From an uncultured Candidatus Rokubacteria bacterium (GTDB lineage Bacteria > Methylomirabilota > Methylomirabilia > Rokubacteriales > DASRDR01), in the NCBI GenBank assembly GCA_963805625.1, contig CAWDVE010000010.1, forward strand, positions 2,112,001-2,176,000: DNA of 64,000 bases, written 5' to 3'. Shown in pieces: positions 41,383 to 50,727 of the stretch. The translations under genes were made by a program, and so were the position numbers. The notes under the pieces were generated by a model. It saw nothing but the letters and a program-made list of their open reading frames with translations, searched no databases and had not been told where the DNA came from. Position 1 is the first letter of the stretch, and each line of letters opens with the position of its first letter.

Positions 41383-42379
41383 CCGCGATATCACTCTGGA
41401 CTGAAGGTCCGGATCCCCGGAAGCCGGACGCGCACTTGATGCTGCGCGGCGACGCCCTTCCGATCGGGAGGGTGGGACTCAACGATCCAAGGCGCCGCGC
41501 AGGAATGCCCTCCCCTACCTCGGTGAGGGACCGCGGCGGCCTCGTCCGAGCAGCCCGATCAGCCCCGCCGTCGCGACGGCGACGACCGCGCTGACAGTGA
41601 TCGTGCCAAGCCACCAGTAGCATAGAAAGAAGAGCAAGGCGCCGGCCAGTAGCCCGACGCCCGACCCGGCAAGAAAAGGGGACCACGTCCGCATCGCGAC
41701 GCGAGCTCTCCGTCTCAGCGATCGGTCAGCCTCTTGATCTCGTCGGAGGCGAATAGGGCGTCGAGCAGCTTGTTCGCGCCGTCCTCAACCGCCTTCGAGG
41801 CGGACTTGGACGGGTTCTCGGCGAAGTCAAAGCCCGCACTGCCCTTCACGTCTCCGCTGCCCTCCACGGTCTTGACGAGGATCACCTTTGCATCCCGCCA
41901 CTCCCGTTCAAAGGCCGCGATCAAGCGCGTCCGCTCCAGCTCGAAGACGGAGGCCGGGATGACGATGACGTCCACGCCAGCCGTGCGGCTCAGGGGCGGC
42001 ATGGGCCACGACCGGTGCGTGAAGACGTCGCCGGAGAGTTTCACCGATCCGAGGAACAGAAAGTACACGAGGAGCACGACCACGGCGATGCCGTTCGACC
42101 AGAACGGCGCGGCCGTCCACAGCGCGCGAACATACTCGGTCGGCCTCGTCGCCCTCCGGGGCGGCGGCGCAACCCTCCCGAGATTCCGTCCGTCCCTCAC
42201 TCCTCCCCTCCGACCCAGCAACCGCACACAACAGGTGGGGCCCCGCGCGCGCCGCAGCCTCCCTCTCCCCGGCGCATAGCTTGTACCGCGGGGGTAGGCC
42301 AGCACAAGCTTCGCGGCCGACCTGGCCACGCACCAGAGCCGGGCAATGCACCCTCGATCCGCGGGGGACAAGGCCCCGC

Positions 42380-42800
42380 GCCTCGCGTCCTGCGTCTCAG
42401 GCTGATGGGCCAACAGGTTCGTGTGTCGCGCCTGGTGGACACAGCGGCTCGGGTCGGCGCAGTCGACCGCCGGCTCGGCGTGCACGACGACGTGCGCGCC
42501 CGGCATCGTCGCCGCGATCTCCTGCGCGATGTGGTCCACGAAGTCGTGGGCCTCTCCGAGTGGCAGATGCCGGCACGCCACGTTCGTGGACTCCACGTGG
42601 GGCTGAGAGCCGGCCCGCCCGTTTGCAGGTCGTGGTGCTCGACGACAAACCGGTGACGGTGGATCACCCCTCGATCGCCCCGCTGCTCGACCTCGGGTAG
42701 GACCGCGTTCATCAGATCGTTGATCGAGCGCACGAGGAACCGGTATGCCGAGCACGACGATGACGCCGGCCACGACGATTCCGATGCACGCGTCGAGGCC
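42380..42800 (-). pseudogene. Cation diffusion facilitator (FieF-like) C-terminal remnant with multiple frameshifts
   Basis: Pieces LDACIGIVVAGVIV, RSINDLM, HHDL, RAGSQPHVE, LPLGEAHDFVDHI..VVVHAEP spread over three frames. Confidence 0.7.
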
Positions 42801-43317
42801 TGATCAGGGCGCCGGCAGGCGCTCCCCCGCGGGATCCCCGAGGGCCCGAGACCAGGCCCTCTGTGGACGGTCAGCCCTGCGGAAACGCGACCACAGGACG
42901 GGCCGGTCGAGGTGTCGCGCGCTCGATTGGGATCGCGCTCTGGTCATGGAGAGGCCTAACCGTGACAACACGGACTGCCAGCTTGTCCGGTCGCGAGACC
43001 AAGATGGCACTGTCGTTCTTGTTGCCGCACACTGCCAAACCGAGATCGCCTGTGTCGCTTTCGCCCGGAGAATCAAACGCTTGCGTGAGGTCCACCGCCT
43101 GGACCGAATGGGAACGGGGTTACTGGCTTCTGGCACAGAACCTGCTCAATGGCCAAGCGACCGACCGAGCGCAGGAAGATCGTCTCCGACCAACACGCTA
43201 GCTGAGGACGAACGGAACTTCGGACCAGGGCCAATCCTCACGTGAGGGCCATGCGACCGAAGGGAACGAGCTGGCAGGCTCGGAGTCGAAGGCGGTCTTC
43301 CGCGAGGGAGACTGCCC

Positions 43318-45213
43318 ATGAGTGCGGCGTGCGTATTCGCGCGACGGAGTTCCTCATCCCGCCGGCAGTTTCCGCGCTTCATCCTCGGCCTTCTCATCTT
43401 TGAGCTGGCGCTCTCGGTCAATGGGGGCCTTGCCCTTGCTCATGGCCCCTCACCTTCTGGACCCAACCCGACCGCGGATAGTCTCACCAACACGCTGCTC
43501 GCCCTGAGTGCGCAGCATCGACAGGCAAGCCCCGCCCACAAGGCCCAGATCGAGAGCCAGCTCCTCGCCACCGCGACCGCCCGCTATCAGTTCCTGGCGT
43601 CGCTGATCGAGGACGACCCGGGCGAGGTGTTGCGGGTCGCCTTGCCCGCCGCTCTCCGGGCCGCGCTGCCACCCGCGGTCAGAGCTTATGTCGAGGAAGA
43701 GGTAGAGGCCGAGGGGACCCTGGAAGTTCTGCATGCGCACCAGGACGGCGGCAGCCGCTATCTCTACTTCCTCGACACCGCCGCCGAGCGGCTGTCGCTC
43801 CACTTCGCGGCCGATCCACCGGAGCTCCAGACCGGCTCTCGGGTGCGGGCCAGGGGTATGCACGTCAGGGGAGCGCTCGCGCTCGGCTCTGGCAAGGGCA
43901 ACGTCACGACGGTCTCCCCGGCTGTCTCGAGCACCCGGGGGGAGCAGCGCACCCTTGTGATCCTCGTCAACTTCTCGGACGACCCCACGGAGCCCTACAC
44001 GCTCGACGAGGCGCGGAGCGTTGTGTTCGCCACAACGAGCCAGTTCTTCCTGGAAAACTCGTTCGAGCAGACGTGGCTCACGGGCGACGTCGTGGGCTGG
44101 TACACCATCCCGCTCAGCGTGACCGTCTGCGACTCTTCCACACTCGCCTCCCAGGCCAAATCGGCCGCCTCCACGGCCGGTGTCGACCTAACCGCGTATA
44201 CGCGGTATGTCTACGCCTACTCCAACGCCTGTGGAGGGTTGGGGCTCGGGACGGTGGGCGGCAATCCCTCCCAAGCCTGGATCAACGGGAGCCTTGATCT
44301 TAGCGTGCTCGCCCACGAGCTCGGCCACAACCTGGGGCTCTACCACTCGCATGCGATGGACTGCGGAAACCAAGTGCTCGGTCCGAGCTGCACCATCTAC
44401 GAGTACGGCGACAGGTTCGATGCCATGGGCAACATTGCCGCCGGCCACTTCAACGCCTTCCACAAGGAGCGTCTTGGCTGGCTGAACGCCGAAGCCTCAC
44501 CCCAGATCACGACGGTCCTGGCCGGGGGCACGTACACGCTCGAGGCCTACGAGCGCGCTGGCTCGGGGCCGAACGCGCTCAAGATCCTGAGATCAACGGA
44601 CCCGAGCACCGGGAAGCGGACCTGGTACTACGTCGAGTCCCGCCAGGCCATCGGCTTCGACGGATTCCTGGCCGAGAACGCGAACGTCGTGAACGGGGTT
44701 CTCATCCACACCGGGTCCGAGTCGAGCGCCGACAGCAGCTACCTCCTGGACATGACCCCCGCGAGCGGGAGCTTGGTTGTCTATGACTGGCGGGACCCCG
44801 CGCTCGGGGTGGGCCAGAGTTTTTACGACCCGGAGTCGGGCGTCACTCTAACGACGGACTGGGTAACGGGGACCGAAGCGGCGGTGACGGTGCGCTTCGA
44901 CACACCGGTCGTGACTGCAGAGTCTATGACGATCTCAACGGATCAGGCGAGCTACACGGTGGGGCAGTCCGTCTCCATCACGGCAACGGTGCGGTCCGGG
45001 GACTCACCTGTCCCGAATGCCAACGTGACGTTCACGGTCACCAAATCGTCGGGAACCGTAACCACGGGAAACGCGACCACCGGATCCAATGGCAAGGCTG
45101 TGTACAAAATGCGGCTGAAGAGGCAAGATCCGGTCGGAATCTATCAGGCAGGTGCCGCAGCCTCGAAGGACGGCCAGTCGGCAAGTGCCATCACCAGCTT
45201 CGCGGTGCAGTAG
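43318..45213 (+). CDS. Secreted metzincin metallopeptidase (M11/M6-like) with C-terminal Ig-like domain
   Basis: Signal segment; LVILVNF, HELGHNLGLYHSH, EYGDRFDAMG, HKERLGW, YYVESRQ; STDQASYTVGQSV domain. Confidence 0.85.
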   Translation: MSAACVFARRSSSSRRQFPRFILGLLIFELALSVNGGLALAHGPSPSGPNPTADSLTNTLLALSAQHRQASPAHKAQIESQLLATATARYQFLASLIEDDPGEVLRVALPAALRAALPPAVRAYVEEEVEAEGTLEVLHAHQDGGSRYLYFLDTAAERLSLHFAADPPELQTGSRVRARGMHVRGALALGSGKGNVTTVSPAVSSTRGEQRTLVILVNFSDDPTEPYTLDEARSVVFATTSQFFLENSFEQTWLTGDVVGWYTIPLSVTVCDSSTLASQAKSAASTAGVDLTAYTRYVYAYSNACGGLGLGTVGGNPSQAWINGSLDLSVLAHELGHNLGLYHSHAMDCGNQVLGPSCTIYEYGDRFDAMGNIAAGHFNAFHKERLGWLNAEASPQITTVLAGGTYTLEAYERAGSGPNALKILRSTDPSTGKRTWYYVESRQAIGFDGFLAENANVVNGVLIHTGSESSADSSYLLDMTPASGSLVVYDWRDPALGVGQSFYDPESGVTLTTDWVTGTEAAVTVRFDTPVVTAESMTISTDQASYTVGQSVSITATVRSGDSPVPNANVTFTVTKSSGTVTTGNATTGSNGKAVYKMRLKRQDPVGIYQAGAAASKDGQSASAITSFAVQ

Positions 45214-45350
45214 CGGTAACCTCGCTCAGGCGCACGAAGCTCCTGAACGGGCAGCGCTCTCCCGCTAAGGCAGGGCTCGAAGGCCCTCGGCCTCGGCTCC
45301 CGCAGCGTGTCAGAACAAGCCTTCGCCTGGGAGCCCGGCTCAAGTTTGTC

Positions 45351-46685
45351 CTAATCCCCCGCCTTCGCACGCTCGAGCTGTCGCTGCAACACGCTGGCGA
45401 ACTGCTCGGTGGGACGTGCGCCAACCAGGATGAAGGGCGTCTCGCCGCGAAACAGGACGAATGTGGGGACCGTCCTGACGCCGATGCCCTGCCCGTCGTA
45501 CAGATCGCGAAGCACGCGCTCCAGGGCCTGCCGGCTTGCCAAGCAGGCGGCGAACCGGGCCTTGTCGAGGCCGAGACTCGCGGCGATTTCTGTCAGCGCC
45601 GTATCCGGATCCTCGCCATTTGACCACTGCTCCATCCGCTCGAACAGCAGGTGATGCATGGGCCAGAACTTGCCTTGATCGCCAGCACATTTTGCGGCGC
45701 TGGCCGCCGCCGGGGCACGGTTGTGGATCCCCCCCAGGGGGAACTGCTTGACGACCCATCGAATCTGTCCCGTCTCGATAAAGCGCTTGGCCAGTTCGGG
45801 TTGGGTCGTCAACTCGTGGCGTTGGCACGGGGGGCACTGAAAATCCACGAACTCCACCATCACCATCTTGGCGTCCGGACTACCCTTGTATGGATCCCCG
45901 GCGACCGTGAAGCCCGGGCGCTTCGGATCGGGCGCCAGGCCCTCCGGCTTGGCCCAGAATGGCAACTCGACCTTCTGGGCCGGCTGGGCCTCTTCCGTCT
46001 TGGGCGGCTCCTTGCCGGCCAGCAGGTCGTCGATCCATCGCGTGAAGACGTCGACGGGCTGGGCCCCGACCAGCGTGTAGGTCTTACCGCTCGGTCGGTG
46101 AACGAACTGGAAGGTGGGCGTCCCGTTGAAGCCCAGGGCCTGCCCCGCCGCCACACTCTGTTGCACGAGGGCCTCATGGCGGCCCGAGGCCACACACTGC
46201 TCGTACGCGGTCATGTCGGCACCGGCCTTCTGGGCGACCTTGGCTAGGAAGGGCCGGGGATCGGGCAGCCGGTTCCACTCCTGCTGGGTTTGAAACAGCA
46301 CATCGTGCATCTGCCAGTACCGACTCGCCCCCTGCTCGCCCACACACCGAGCGGCCACGTGGCCTCTCGGCGCCATGGGATGCAGGCCAACGAGCGGAAG
46401 ATCGCGAAGCACGAACTGCACCTGCCCCGGCCGGACATACTTTTCCAGGAGAGCCGGCAAGGTCTCGCGGGCGTACCGCTCGCAGAACGGACAAAGATAG
46501 TCGGTGTACTCCACCAGGGTCAGTGGGGCGTCCGGATTCCCCCGAAAAGGATACCCGTCGGAAGTGAAACCAACAGGCATCCCCTGATAGGTCTCCAGGA
46601 CCGCGGCGTGCGCGGCACTGCTCCCAATGAACCAGACAGCCGCGAGCGAGAGCCAGAGCCAGCGTCTCCAATGTCTCGAATTCAT
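45351..46685 (-). CDS. Secreted tandem two-domain DsbA-like thiol-disulfide oxidoreductase
   Basis: Signal peptide; EYTDYLCPFC..GTPTF and EFVDFQCPPC..TVPTF; GAGGAG RBS. Confidence 0.9.
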   Translation of the reverse strand: MNSRHWRRWLWLSLAAVWFIGSSAAHAAVLETYQGMPVGFTSDGYPFRGNPDAPLTLVEYTDYLCPFCERYARETLPALLEKYVRPGQVQFVLRDLPLVGLHPMAPRGHVAARCVGEQGASRYWQMHDVLFQTQQEWNRLPDPRPFLAKVAQKAGADMTAYEQCVASGRHEALVQQSVAAGQALGFNGTPTFQFVHRPSGKTYTLVGAQPVDVFTRWIDDLLAGKEPPKTEEAQPAQKVELPFWAKPEGLAPDPKRPGFTVAGDPYKGSPDAKMVMVEFVDFQCPPCQRHELTTQPELAKRFIETGQIRWVVKQFPLGGIHNRAPAAASAAKCAGDQGKFWPMHHLLFERMEQWSNGEDPDTALTEIAASLGLDKARFAACLASRQALERVLRDLYDGQGIGVRTVPTFVLFRGETPFILVGARPTEQFASVLQRQLERAKAGD

Positions 46686-46772
46686 GGTCTCCTCATAGGT
46701 TAGCCGTTACCACGGCCAACCTCATCGCCACTGCTCGTCCAGGTCATGTCCTGGACGTCGAACAGCCCTCCC

Positions 46773-46803
46773 GCTAGCCCGGCGTCTCGGACGCCGGGCT
46801 AGC
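46773..46803. terminator. 14-bp perfect hairpin between the Cys-rich gene and the dsbA-like gene (partial terminator or mRNA stabiliser)
   Basis: GCTAGCCCGGCGTC-TCG-GACGCCGGGCTAGC; no U tract. Confidence 0.6.
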
Positions 46804-46901
46804 CCGGGAGGCGTCATGGACTTGACGCACCAACGCGCGACCGGGTCGGCACGCCCGCGTTGCGGAGCGCGCCGCCCGGTCGCCGGATCGCGACGGCTCG
46901 A

Positions 46902-48461
46902 CTACGGGATCGTCGTGGTCACAGTTACCGAGGCGCTACCGGACGGTGAGGACTGCACACCGTCATCATCCGTCACGCCGCCCGTCACCCTGTCCGTGTG
47001 CGTGAAGCTGCACGACGTACTGACGATTTTTCCCACGAACTGACAGGTGTAGTTGCCACTCTGTGCGATGGTAGCCGGCAGCGTTCCCGGCCCCGGCGAG
47101 GCCTGGCCACAGCTCGTGCTCACCACCTGTTCGCACGTGGCCAACACTCCGCAGTCGGTATTGGCCGCGTGCGTCGCTGCGATGTTGCCGAACTTGTTGT
47201 CAGTGAGCGTACTCAGCGTCAGTGTATCAATTGCCGACTGGTTGCTCACCACGACCTGATACGTCGCGTCCAGCTGGCAATTGGCAGCAGACTGCGCTGT
47301 CTTGGCCAAGGTCGGTGTCGCAGACACGTTCTCGATCCCTACGTCCGCGTCGTCGTCATCGCACACTGCGGCGTTGTTGGGAGTCTGCGTTCCACAGACC
47401 TCGACCGTGTCGGTGACCGTCGTACCGAAATCCCCCGACACGAATGCCTGGAACTTACACGTAGCGCTGCCGCTCGGAGCGAGCACGACACCGATCAGGT
47501 CGGGGCAGCTGAAGTTTGAATCGAAGGTGCAGGCATCAGGCGTCGTAGCGTTCGGCTCACCTACCCCGCACGCCGAAATCGCGCCCAGGTCACCGTACAG
47601 ATCGTCCTGGATGCTGCTGATGGTCACGGACTCGACCAACGAGTCGTTGGTCACCTGGACGGTGTAGGTCACCGCGCCGCCCGTCTCGGGCACGGTGGCC
47701 GGCGACGCACTCTTCACCACTGTGATTTCCGCCTCCTCGACGGTGACCGGGACCTGGAAGGTGTCATCACAAACGCACTTCGACTTCGTGTCCGGGGCGA
47801 AGGACGGGGTAGGGGCATTCGCGTTGATGGTAGCGTTTATGCTGCAAACCGTGCCCTGATTGCTGTGCCAACTGGTGCAGTTGGGCAGGTTCAGGAAGCC
47901 ATCGCCGTCGGAGTCCTGGCATAGGACGTTGGGGATCGTGAAGGTCAGACCAGGCGGATTGCCGTCCACAGGATCGGGGTACGTGCCGGCATTGAGGTCG
48001 CCGCAGGTATCACCATCCAGCTGCAGTACGGGCGAGTTAGTAGGGGGAGGAGCCGCAAGCCTGCTGAGCGAACATGTCCCCAGCCTGGCATTGGCACCGC
48101 CCGCGGTGTTGAAGAAAAAGGCGGCGTCATACCGGGCGTTGGCAGTCACGATCGTCTCGAACGTCGCCGTCAGGGTGAAGTGTGTGCCCGAGGTGCAGGT
48201 GTTAGGCGACACACTGAGCGCGCGGGAAAGCCTGATGTCGTTGGCCGTACAGTTGAGTTTATCCGAGTTCGGGACCGGCTCAGCGGTGTGCCCCGAGAAG
48301 ACCGTCTGCATGCAGACCGTGTCGGGTGTCGTCTGACCGCTGACCGCCGACGCCGGCTGGGCCATCAGGAGAAGCCCGCTCACCGCCAGGACCCCGAGCA
48401 GAATGGGGAGCAGTCTCGTGGGCAGGTGTGAGAGTTTAGTTCGACATGCGCCTGCTTTCAT
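46902..48461 (-). CDS. Secreted Cys/Thr-rich beta protein with two DUF11-like Ig repeats
   Basis: Signal ending AQPASA; 22 Cys counted in the mature part; repeats ITVVKSA..VTYTVQVTN..DDLYGDL and TLAKTA..ATYQVVVSN..DNKFGNI. Confidence 0.85.
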   Translation of the reverse strand: MKAGACRTKLSHLPTRLLPILLGVLAVSGLLLMAQPASAVSGQTTPDTVCMQTVFSGHTAEPVPNSDKLNCTANDIRLSRALSVSPNTCTSGTHFTLTATFETIVTANARYDAAFFFNTAGGANARLGTCSLSRLAAPPPTNSPVLQLDGDTCGDLNAGTYPDPVDGNPPGLTFTIPNVLCQDSDGDGFLNLPNCTSWHSNQGTVCSINATINANAPTPSFAPDTKSKCVCDDTFQVPVTVEEAEITVVKSASPATVPETGGAVTYTVQVTNDSLVESVTISSIQDDLYGDLGAISACGVGEPNATTPDACTFDSNFSCPDLIGVVLAPSGSATCKFQAFVSGDFGTTVTDTVEVCGTQTPNNAAVCDDDDADVGIENVSATPTLAKTAQSAANCQLDATYQVVVSNQSAIDTLTLSTLTDNKFGNIAATHAANTDCGVLATCEQVVSTSCGQASPGPGTLPATIAQSGNYTCQFVGKIVSTSCSFTHTDRVTGGVTDDDGVQSSPSGSASVTVTTTIP

Positions 48462-48515
48462 CTCTAGCCCCTCACGCGGGTGTGAGCTTTCGCCATTCGA
48501 CTCTCACACCGCTTC

Positions 48516-48590
48516 GGCGCTCGCTGGCGCTCGGGGTTGGGCCTCTCGGTGGGCCTCTGGGCGGCTCTCGGGGAGCTCTGGGATGCCCTC
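48516..48590 (-). promoter_or_regulatory. Cluster of six GAGNNCC motifs (Com-type RNA binding sites) in the 5' leader
   Basis: mRNA: GAGGGCATCC-CA-GAGCTCC-CC-GAGAGCC-GCCCA-GAGGCCC-ACCGA-GAGGCCC-AACCCC-GAGCGCC-AGC-GAGCGCC. Confidence 0.7.
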
Positions 48591-48729
48591 AGCGGGGCTT
48601 TCGTAGCTACGCGGGTGAGAGCCCGGTGAGCCTCCTTCCGGTGCGAGCTGTTCCGCAGTTGCGTCAAATGAACACGTCGGTCCGGCGGCCGGGTGCAACG
48701 GCTCATGGAAGCGCCGCGGCGGTCACGCT

Positions 48730-49482
48730 CTAACCCACATCACGGCATTCGACCGTCCTCGCCGGTTGGGCGCCGGGCCCTCCAGGGCGCTGCTCCGCGG
48801 CCGTGGCATCCCTGCGCGACGTCTGACCCATCATGCTCGCCAGGGCCTCTTGGAATGACACGGGGCCCAGCGAACCCCCGTTCTCCGTTATGGAGAGCCG
48901 TCGGCGCTCCGTCGACTTGCTGCCGATCTTCGCTCCCGGTCTCGACGCTCCGGACGCGGCGGAGGAGCGCGAAGCCCCCGCAGCGTACGCGAGCGGCGCT
49001 CGCCGCGCCCGCTGTTCGGGCGATGCCCTCAAGCTCGTGCGGGAACCTGACGCGAGGAGGGCCTGCCGAACGCGGTGCGCCAGGAACCGGGCGGTTTGCG
49101 GAGACACCCCCAGCCGCCGGTCGAGCGTGGCGCCGCTGAGGCCATTGTGAGACCGACAGAGATGCGCGATCGCCAGAAGCCACTTGTTGAGCGAGACGTG
49201 ACTGCTCTCGAACGCGGTCCCGACGGTCACGGTGAACTGGCGGCGACACGCCTTGCACTTCAGGACCCCGGCGCGCGCCGGCCGAACTGAAGCGTCCTTG
49301 GCCTGCAACCGATAGGCTCCAGCGGAGCCACAGTGCGGGCAGACGGGTCCCCCCGGCCATCGCACCTGCTCGAGGAACGCCCGGGCAACGTCTTCCGGAA
49401 GGAACGCCGCCGACGAAGCCGCAAGACCCCTGGGATCCAGCATCCTTGTACGCGCCAAACGTCTGGCTAACGCTCGGGCCAA
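48730..49482 (-). CDS. IS1595-family transposase N-terminal (Zn ribbon + HTH) protein lacking the DDE domain (start uncertain)
   Basis: ARAFLEQVRWPGGPVCPHCGS..KCKACRRQFTVTVGTAFESSH..KWL..LGVSPQTARFLAHRVRQAL; no following VExDET motif. Confidence 0.8.
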   Translation of the reverse strand: MARALARRLARTRMLDPRGLAASSAAFLPEDVARAFLEQVRWPGGPVCPHCGSAGAYRLQAKDASVRPARAGVLKCKACRRQFTVTVGTAFESSHVSLNKWLLAIAHLCRSHNGLSGATLDRRLGVSPQTARFLAHRVRQALLASGSRTSLRASPEQRARRAPLAYAAGASRSSAASGASRPGAKIGSKSTERRRLSITENGGSLGPVSFQEALASMMGQTSRRDATAAEQRPGGPGAQPARTVECRDVG

Positions 49483-49555
49483 CCGCCTGCACCATCGCGG
49501 AGACCCGCGGTCGCCGGAGGGCGGGGAATCGACGGACAGACGCCTGCTTCGGTGC

Positions 49556-49834
49556 TCACGGCACTGCGCTCCGGAGCCCGCGACCCTTCTCCGCGCCGCT
49601 CAGGGCGCTCGGAAGAGCCGCGCGGGCTGGAACTGGCCGAGTGGCCTCGATCGAGCTCGGTCGGGGCATGCTCTCAGCTGCGGGCCGAATGATCTCGAGG
49701 TGCGGCCGTCCGCACTTCGGGCACTTCAACTCCAGGATGACCTGTCCCGCCTGGAGCTCGTTGACGAAATCGCCGAGCCGGCGGTTACACTCCCTGCAAC
49801 GGACCTGCGTCTGGGTCGCCGCGCCCACGGTCAC
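49556..49834 (-). CDS. Mu Com-like zinc finger regulator
   Basis: VRCRECNRRL..ILELKCPKCG matches the Com pattern IRCxxCxKLL..IEIKCPRC; low-complexity tail. Confidence 0.72.
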   Translation of the reverse strand: MTVGAATQTQVRCRECNRRLGDFVNELQAGQVILELKCPKCGRPHLEIIRPAAESMPRPSSIEATRPVPARAALPSALSGAEKGRGLRSAVP

Positions 49835-50727
49835 CGCTCCACTCCGTCTACATGCGAGTGGCGCCCCTTACTCTGAGCACGGCGACCGCAAGCCCACAGC
49901 AACGCTGGTGTTTCGGTCTCACGGTCACCAGTGACGCGCCGACAGGGAGGCAGTTGGTAACTGGCCTGGGGCTGAGTGTCAACACCCTTGACACAGCTCG
50001 CCACACTCGGTCTCACCGTTACGTTACTCCGTGAGACCAGGATGGTTCCGGTGCAAGCCGAAGGCCTTTAGGCAGAATGCTTGTCGCATGTCTATGTGGC
50101 GCGGCAGAGGGGTGCAAGATTCGAACCGATACGGGATACGGGTTTTCACACTGTTCAAACGGTCGGCGACCAGGCCGTCTTCTTCCCATTGCTTCCCATT
50201 GCTTCTCTATACATGTACGCGTGCGACGCGTCTCGGGAAGCGCTGAGAGCCTGGCAAATGGACCATTGAATCTGTAACTCACATTCCTCTCATCAGAAAG
50301 TCACTACTATGTCATCAGGAAAATCATTACCCATGTCTATCAATCGCTTCCTGCATCCAATTGGCCTTCGGGGAAAGATCCATCCACTGGCGCTCGGGAA
50401 ACTATCACGGCACATGAACACACTCCAGCAACAGCGATCTAGGCGCTAGAGCCTCGGCTTTTCCCGGGATCTTGTCAAGAGCAAGATCACAAACCCAGAG
50501 AAGCCCGGTTCCTCTGGCCCTGCGCTAGTTGCCAAACCCACCAGTCGATCATCGGGCGTCAGAGCCGCGTCTGTCGCCATGTCGCGGACCTCGGGCGATG
50601 ACCGCAAGTTCCGCTACCGCTGCCAGCACGCGTATTACCGGGGCCGACCGTCTGCACGAACCGGCGTCCGCTCGGGATGCTCGCGACGAACGAGGCGGTC
50701 CAAAGCGCATCGTTTTCTTACTCTTTG

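Noticed and set aside
41715-42773. 352-aa ORF as a single real protein
   Set aside because: Chimera of a FieF remnant, non-coding sequence and the C-terminal piece of an unknown gene.
45275-45300. GAGGGCC-TTC-GAGCCCT downstream of the dsbA-like gene as another Com site
   Set aside because: One imperfect pair with no downstream co-oriented gene; compatible with chance.
48504-48698. 64-aa ORF across the GAGNNCC cluster (PE/EA-rich)
   Set aside because: No clear RBS, and its composition is explained by the nucleotide motif; a leader peptide cannot be fully excluded.
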